This document shows positions 58,198 to 64,000 of a DNA stretch of 64,000 nt, piece by piece. The stretch lies in assembly GCF_009914755.1 (NCBI RefSeq), contig NC_060937.1; one strand, 5' to 3'. The notes beneath the pieces are model-generated. The model saw only the letters and a list, made by a program, of their open reading frames with translations. It was not told where the DNA came from and ran no database searches. The stretch is from the human T2T-CHM13v2.0 reference genome, Homo sapiens. Position numbers and translations under genes: made by a program. The number at the start of each line of letters is the position of its first letter. Positions within the stretch are counted from its first letter, which is position 1.

Positions 58198-59863
58198 TCA
58201 CTCGGGTGACCGAAAGAGAGCAGAGAGGGAAATGGTCCCAAATAGGCAGAGCTTCAGTGTTGCATCTCATCATACACCTTGGGTGGAAAAGGTGTTTCCA
58301 GTGTTAGAATATGCAGGAATTCATGGAGAGTGGCAAGTGACATGACTGGAAAACCCCTCAAGAACCTGGAAGAAGAAATCTTGACAGATTGGAGACAAAG
58401 AGATTGGAGAAAGGGGGATGTGAATGGAACTATGAGAGTGGGCAGAAAGTGTGAAGATCTTTGTATCATTTATTAATGCCTAACCAGGAGCACCCACAAC
58501 AGAATAGACATTAAACAGCTGCATAAACAAATGACTCAGCCAGTTGATGTCAGTCAGCCTGTGTCAACAGCCACCCCAATGCTGGCACAAAAGGCACTAG
58601 AACAGAATAGCCTGATGGCAGAGATGAAGTGTGCATGGCTCCAGCAGCACGGACTCCTCTCATTAAGGCTGATCTAGCTACTGTTGCTGCCCCATGTCTA
58701 ACTTGCCAGCAACGGAGACCAAAGTTGAGCCCCGGAATCAGCACCATTCCTCATAGAGACCAGCTAGTCACTGGGTGGTAAGTTGACTACATCTGTCCTC
58801 TTCCACTCTGGGTATGGGTTTATCTCGCCTGCCTGTAGGGCCTCAGGCAAGCATCACCATACAAGGGCTTACGGAGTGTTTGACCACTGATAAAACATCT
58901 CACATAACATCCTATCAGATCATGGGCTCCACTTTACAACAAGGGAATTGCAGAAATGGGTCCATTACCATGGAATCCACTTAGCCTCTCACATACCAGA
59001 ATACCTAGTTGCTGCTATCCTGTTACTGAAATAAAAATGGTTTGTTGAAGGATCAATTGAGGTGCTAACTTGGAAGGCAACATCCTCCAGTGCACACTTT
59101 AAATCAATACTCATGTGGTGCTGTGTCCCTACTAGGTAGTATACATGGTTCCAGGAACCAAGTTGGAGTGTTTCCATATACCGTCACTCCAAGTAACCCA
59201 CTCGGAGAATTAGTACTTTAAATCTACAAATATGGACTCTGTACTTATAAAAATTCCGGTTTCCAGAGAGCATAGGAAGAGTTCCTTTAAACTGAAAGCT
59301 GTTGTTACTGTCCAGTCATTTCAGTTTCCTCATGCTGATTGATTATCAGGAAGGCGAGGAGTTACCATGGGTTTTCTAGCCATGCAGGAAGGGTAATTGA
59401 CTCCAATAATCAGAAGGACATTGAGGGCTGCACTTACATACTGAATGTGGCAGGGAAGAATATGTTTGGAATCCAGCTTAGGCGTTCTGTAATATTCCCT
59501 TGTCCAAATTTGATGTATACAGACAATTGCAGCAGCCATGGCCCAAGAGGGCCCAGTGATTATGACTCAGATCCTTGAGGATTGAGGGTCTGGGTTGTCT
59601 CACCAGGTAAACCACCTAGATTAGAAGAGGTGCTAGCAAAGGGCACCTCTTTGGGGAAAACAGAACGGGTAGGGGAGAAGAGGAATGACAAGTATTGGTT
59701 ATGGCCTCGAGACTAGCTGTAGCTGTGAAGGTTGTAGTTTATTTCACTAACGTTCCTCTTGTATATTTCCTTTAGGAAGAGGGACCAAGCAAAACCCCAG
59801 AAGAGTTGATCTCAAAGCTTATTTTATGAAGAAAATTGACCTGAGTGACACAAAGGGTTGGAC

Positions 59864-60322
59864 TGTAGTAGATGTCACGTTTTGCTGCCTAGATCTCCAT
59901 CCAGGGATGAACTCTTATTTCCTCAGCTTCTTTGTCTCCTCAGCTTCTGGGAGGGTTGGCAGCTGATATTCTCACCTGAGTCCCTTTCTAGGACTTGCCC
60001 TTGCCTGAAGAGAGCTGTGCTGCCCAACATGATGCCTCCTCCAAGGTACAATCCACACCCAGTGACTAATAAACAGGGGTTACAAAGGCATGCCTGCTTG
60101 CCCCAGTTTGGGTCAAATTTACCAGGCCAACCCAGCCTCAAGGCTCTCCACAGGAACAGGTGACGCCATAGTTGTGATTACATCACAGGTCAGTTTCTCC
60201 TCTGCCCAAGCCTTCTTCCTTCATTCCTCCACAGATGCTGATCCTGAGATTCCTTTCCAGTAAACTTCCTCCATGCAATCTTCATCTCAGGAGTCTGTTT
60301 CCTGGGGAAACTAACCTGCAAC
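59864..60322 (+). mobile_element. LTR16-like ERVL 3' LTR
   Basis: Begins TGTAGTAGA after aaagggttggac; ends gagtctgtttcctggggaaactaacctgcaac. Confidence 0.75.
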
Positions 60323-61120
60323 TGATACAAATGCCTATTCTGTGAGATAAAACACTAAAAGTACAATGCGAGTGGTATAAATATTCTGCTACAGGAATAC
60401 AAAGTCAGGTATCATTTTTGACTTAGGTAGTCAGAGAATGGAGATATTCTGAGTTGGACTTCTGAGATACTAGGATTCAATAGGTGAAGGGAAGATGAGA
60501 TGGTATAAGACTAACATAGGCAGAATTTTGCTAAACGAATTGGAGATGAAACATCATAAGTGCAGGTGCACAAGTAGAAAAGTAAAATCAGAGCTCAAGG
60601 AAGGAGAAGTGATCCAGCTGGGCAGAAATATGGGGCCTATATAGAGATATACCAGGAAATAAAGCCAGGACGAATGGCAGGGTAGGACCTGATTGTTAAG
60701 GGTCTTAAATGCTGGGGTCAAGATTGTGGCCCTTACTTAAAAGTTGGTTGGGCATGATTTTGGGAGTTGTAGCAAAAGATGTGGCAAACTCAAAGCTTCC
60801 TTTTCATGTAAAGTATAGAGAAGTGGAGGTTCATATCATTAAATCACTGTAATTTCAGTGTGAACTTCTAACAATTTGAGCTAACCATGAGATAGGACAC
60901 CTTATCAAGCAATGAGCTCTTCATTATCTAAAGAGATGCTGAATTTCAAGTCCATGTAGAGGAAGTCTTGTGTTGACTAGAGCATAATATGTCTGGGGGG
61001 ACTTTTCTTCTTTTTTACTGATATTTAGTAACTTGGATATTGTGCTAAGTGCTTTACAGGTATTCTTATTTAATCCTCACAAGGCAGTATGGTAGATAAT
61101 CTATTATATTGAAAATAATG

Positions 61121-61414
61121 GGCCAGGCACAGTGGCTCACGCCTGTAATCCCAGCACTTTGGGAGGCCGAGGTGGGTGGATCACCTGAGGTCAGGAGTTC
61201 AAGACCAGCCTGACCAACATGGTGAAACCCTGTCTTTACTAAAAATACAAAAATAAGCGTGGCATAGTAGCTCACACCTGTAGTCCCAGCTACTCAGAAG
61301 GCTGAAGCACGAGAATCACTTGAACCCACGAGGTGGAGGTTACAGTGAGCCAAAATCACACCACTGGACTCCAGCCTGGGTAAGAGAGCATGACTAGGTC
61401 TCAAAAGAAAGAAA
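61121..61414 (+). mobile_element. AluS with 10-bp TSD
   Basis: TSD gaaaataatg at 61111-61120 and 61415-61424. Confidence 0.95.
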
Positions 61415-62377
61415 GAAAATAATGAACAAAAAATGTTGAGTGGGCAGTATTAAATTAAAAAAAAACCTAATGTATTAAAGAAGGAGAAAAGTATAAAAAT
61501 TAGTCAACAAGCAGAGAAAGAAAGAAAATATAAAGGTAAAAATGTATGTTATCCAAATGAGACCTCTTAAGAAGAAAAAATAAAGGAAATTCAAAAAATA
61601 AGTTAGGAAATAGTGAGTAAAATTATGAAGTTAAAAATTCACCAAAAATTTATTGATATGTCCAAGTTCAGCTTGTAGTGAACAGACTCTTCTTATGCAG
61701 AATTTGAGCAAAGTGCTAACACAACAGAGTTAGGTAATGGGATGAGGGTCAGTCAGATCACTCTATTTTTGGAAACTGGTTTCATGACTGCTTCCCCTTA
61801 CTTAGTCATAAACAGGCTATATAAAAAGCTGTCAGAGTGGAAAGAGGGAGAGGATTTGTGAATTTTTTTTTTTAGCATGTTTTTATGGTTCTGTAAGTCA
61901 CCACCCTCCCAAAGGGATGAAGTTTCGGGGTGCACTCCCCTTACCTCAGCCTAGTAGGGGGACTTCCAGGAGATAATGAGAGAGTTGGATGTTTCCTCAA
62001 ATTTACAGACACAAAGACTGGTGCCTGGCTTCTCCTGATAAAGCTAAACCTGCATGTGGCTGGTCTCTAGTTGGCTAGATAGTAGTAGTTAAAATGAAAA
62101 GAAACACTTAATGTTAGATGCCATCCAATAGGGCCACCTAAAGGGATGGAAGGTTCTCAACAACAAGAGCCCAGAGGTAGAAGCAAGACTCTTAGCGGGG
62201 AAGGATGGAGTCGCAAGTGAAAACCTAGACAAAGAAGCATCTGTCCTGGTCCAGAGGCTTCCCCAATAAAGATGTCTCACACAACTCTAAGAAGTTAGAA
62301 CTCGAGAAAAAGACTAACAAGAAAAAGAGTAAGGTGTGTTTGTGGAAGAGGTGAGGCAGTTGTTTTCCTATAAATAA

Positions 62378-62752
62378 TGTTAAATTAAACTAAATTTGGT
62401 CTGAGGATGCCTCGTAACTTGAGTCGCTACATAACAAACTGCAACCTAACTTAGGAGTATTTTTTTTTTGTACTAACGAGGTGAGTCTCAGCCAATCACA
62501 GCAGCCAAGCTACAGCCAATCCCATGTGGCCAACTGAGCAGCCTATGCCCAGTAAGACAACTGCTCACCTGTAACTACTCAAGCTGCTTCTGGACCTCAT
62601 TTCCATTTGCTGTTTATAAGTGCTGCCTGCCCACTTTGCTGAGCAGAACTCTCTGAACTTCTTTCGTTTTTGAGGGTTACTTGATTAGAAAATTGTTCTT
62701 TGTTCAATTAAATTTTGCTAAATATAATTCTTTTAAAGATTTTCTTTTAACA
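62378..62752 (+). mobile_element. ERV1 solo LTR (MER57-like)
   Basis: TGTTAA…TTAACA termini, near 4-bp TSD ataa/acaa, two CAGCCAATC boxes, ATTAAA at 62707-62712. Confidence 0.75.
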
Positions 62753-64000
62753 ACAAAGATGGGGATATTTGAACAATACCTTGGTTGGAGGTGACATTCT
62801 AATTTCTAAATTGAGGCTATTTGTATTTTTAGCAGGACCCAAGGACTGTCACTTAAAAGCAGGCTAAAAAGCCTTGAAATTTTCTAACTTTCCATGCGAG
62901 AGCAGTGATAGATAACCCCACTACGCAAAATGTCATGGGGCAATGGGAGACAAAAAATAAAGCTGTGTTTCAACTGCGTCTCTGAATGATACGATTATAG
63001 CACTTACACAATAACCACTTGAGAAAAAAGAACAGCCTTGCACCAAAAATCGAATGAGAAGTACAAGCACAGTGAAGTAACAGGTCACTTTACAAAAAAA
63101 AGTAAAGGCTGAAAGGGGACGAGCAAATTGCCCAAGTCTGCATGGGTGATAAGTAGCAGATCTGGGGCTCGAATCCAGATCCTGAGCTTTTAATACCTAT
63201 GCAACACTTCCTCTGTTCCTTCCCTTCTGAGAATGTCATTATGTTCATTGGGGTGTATCCCCTGCTATGGTTTACAGGGGAGGGTTCACACTTTCACCAT
63301 TCTGAAAGATTATTTTGAATTTAAAAAGCTGGCAAGATGTCTCTGAACAATGGAACATAGCCCAAGGCTGCAATTTTGTTGCACACATTACAGTGTTTTA
63401 AGGCCACTGGTGGCCTGTTCTTTGAGATGAAAACAATGCATCAGTAGGAACAAAGTGAAAGAGAGTAAACTGGTCTCCAGGTACCCAAACAGTATGTGAA
63501 GTCAACAGAGGAACACTTCCTGTGGTCTATTAATAATTCAGAAGCCCTTTATCCTCAACCCTCCTCCACTCTCTAATTCCTAAGTCTTCTTCCTAGTGTC
63601 TCTTACTTCCTCTTTCCAAATAGTCTGGGCTGGCAGGCTGCATTTAGGTAATCACTGCACAATACAATTACTGATTCTGTTTACAAGATTCTTGCTAGTA
63701 TTTTATTTTTACCCTTTATAGTGTTTGGCTTTTAAAAGCAAATGAATATGGAGTCATGATTTTTTGGCTGCCTTTCCCTTTGGCATATGATATTTATGCC
63801 TTTAAAACTTGTTGTTGTTCCAGGGCATTTCACTGATGAAATTTATCAAAATGAACCTACAAATCAGCCACTAAGAGACTGCATGAATAAAAACTGTTAG
63901 TAGGAAAATGATTATGACAAAAAAAAAAAAACAAAGAACAGCTTTAAGAAAAAGCCAGACTGTTAGCTTTTTTTTTTTTTTTTTTTTAGAAGGGTTGATA

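Overview
Human (primate) genomic DNA that I recognise as the ZC3H13/CPB2 locus at 13q14. The left end holds the 5' part of ZC3H13 on the minus strand: a non-coding exon 1 in a CpG island at about 13.8-14.1 kb, and coding exons 2-4 including the CCCH zinc finger. Only a few hundred bp upstream, also on the minus strand, lie exons 2-11 of CPB2 (carboxypeptidase B2/TAFI). All ten exons were reconstructed with GT-AG boundaries and a continuous frame; exon 1 lies beyond the window. The CpG-island promoter is probably bidirectional, driving the antisense lncRNA CPB2-AS1. The introns are filled with Alu, L1, L2/MIR, DNA transposons, MaLR/ERV1 solo LTRs and a decayed ERVL. Almost all ORF-track entries are repeat-derived. 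I see no wholly new biological system. The best leads are: (1) a NAGNAG acceptor in ZC3H13 that toggles an in-frame stop ahead of a 105-codon open 5'UTR frame; (2) microhomology rather than splice sites at the ends of the reported 52-nt CPB2 exon-11 deletion; (3) a 31-bp duplication and hairpin in the CPB2 3'UTR; (4) transposon-supplied poly(A) signals; and (5) an unexplained ~38-bp-arm palindrome in CPB2 intron 5. Repeat subfamily names come from recalled consensus sequences, not from a search.
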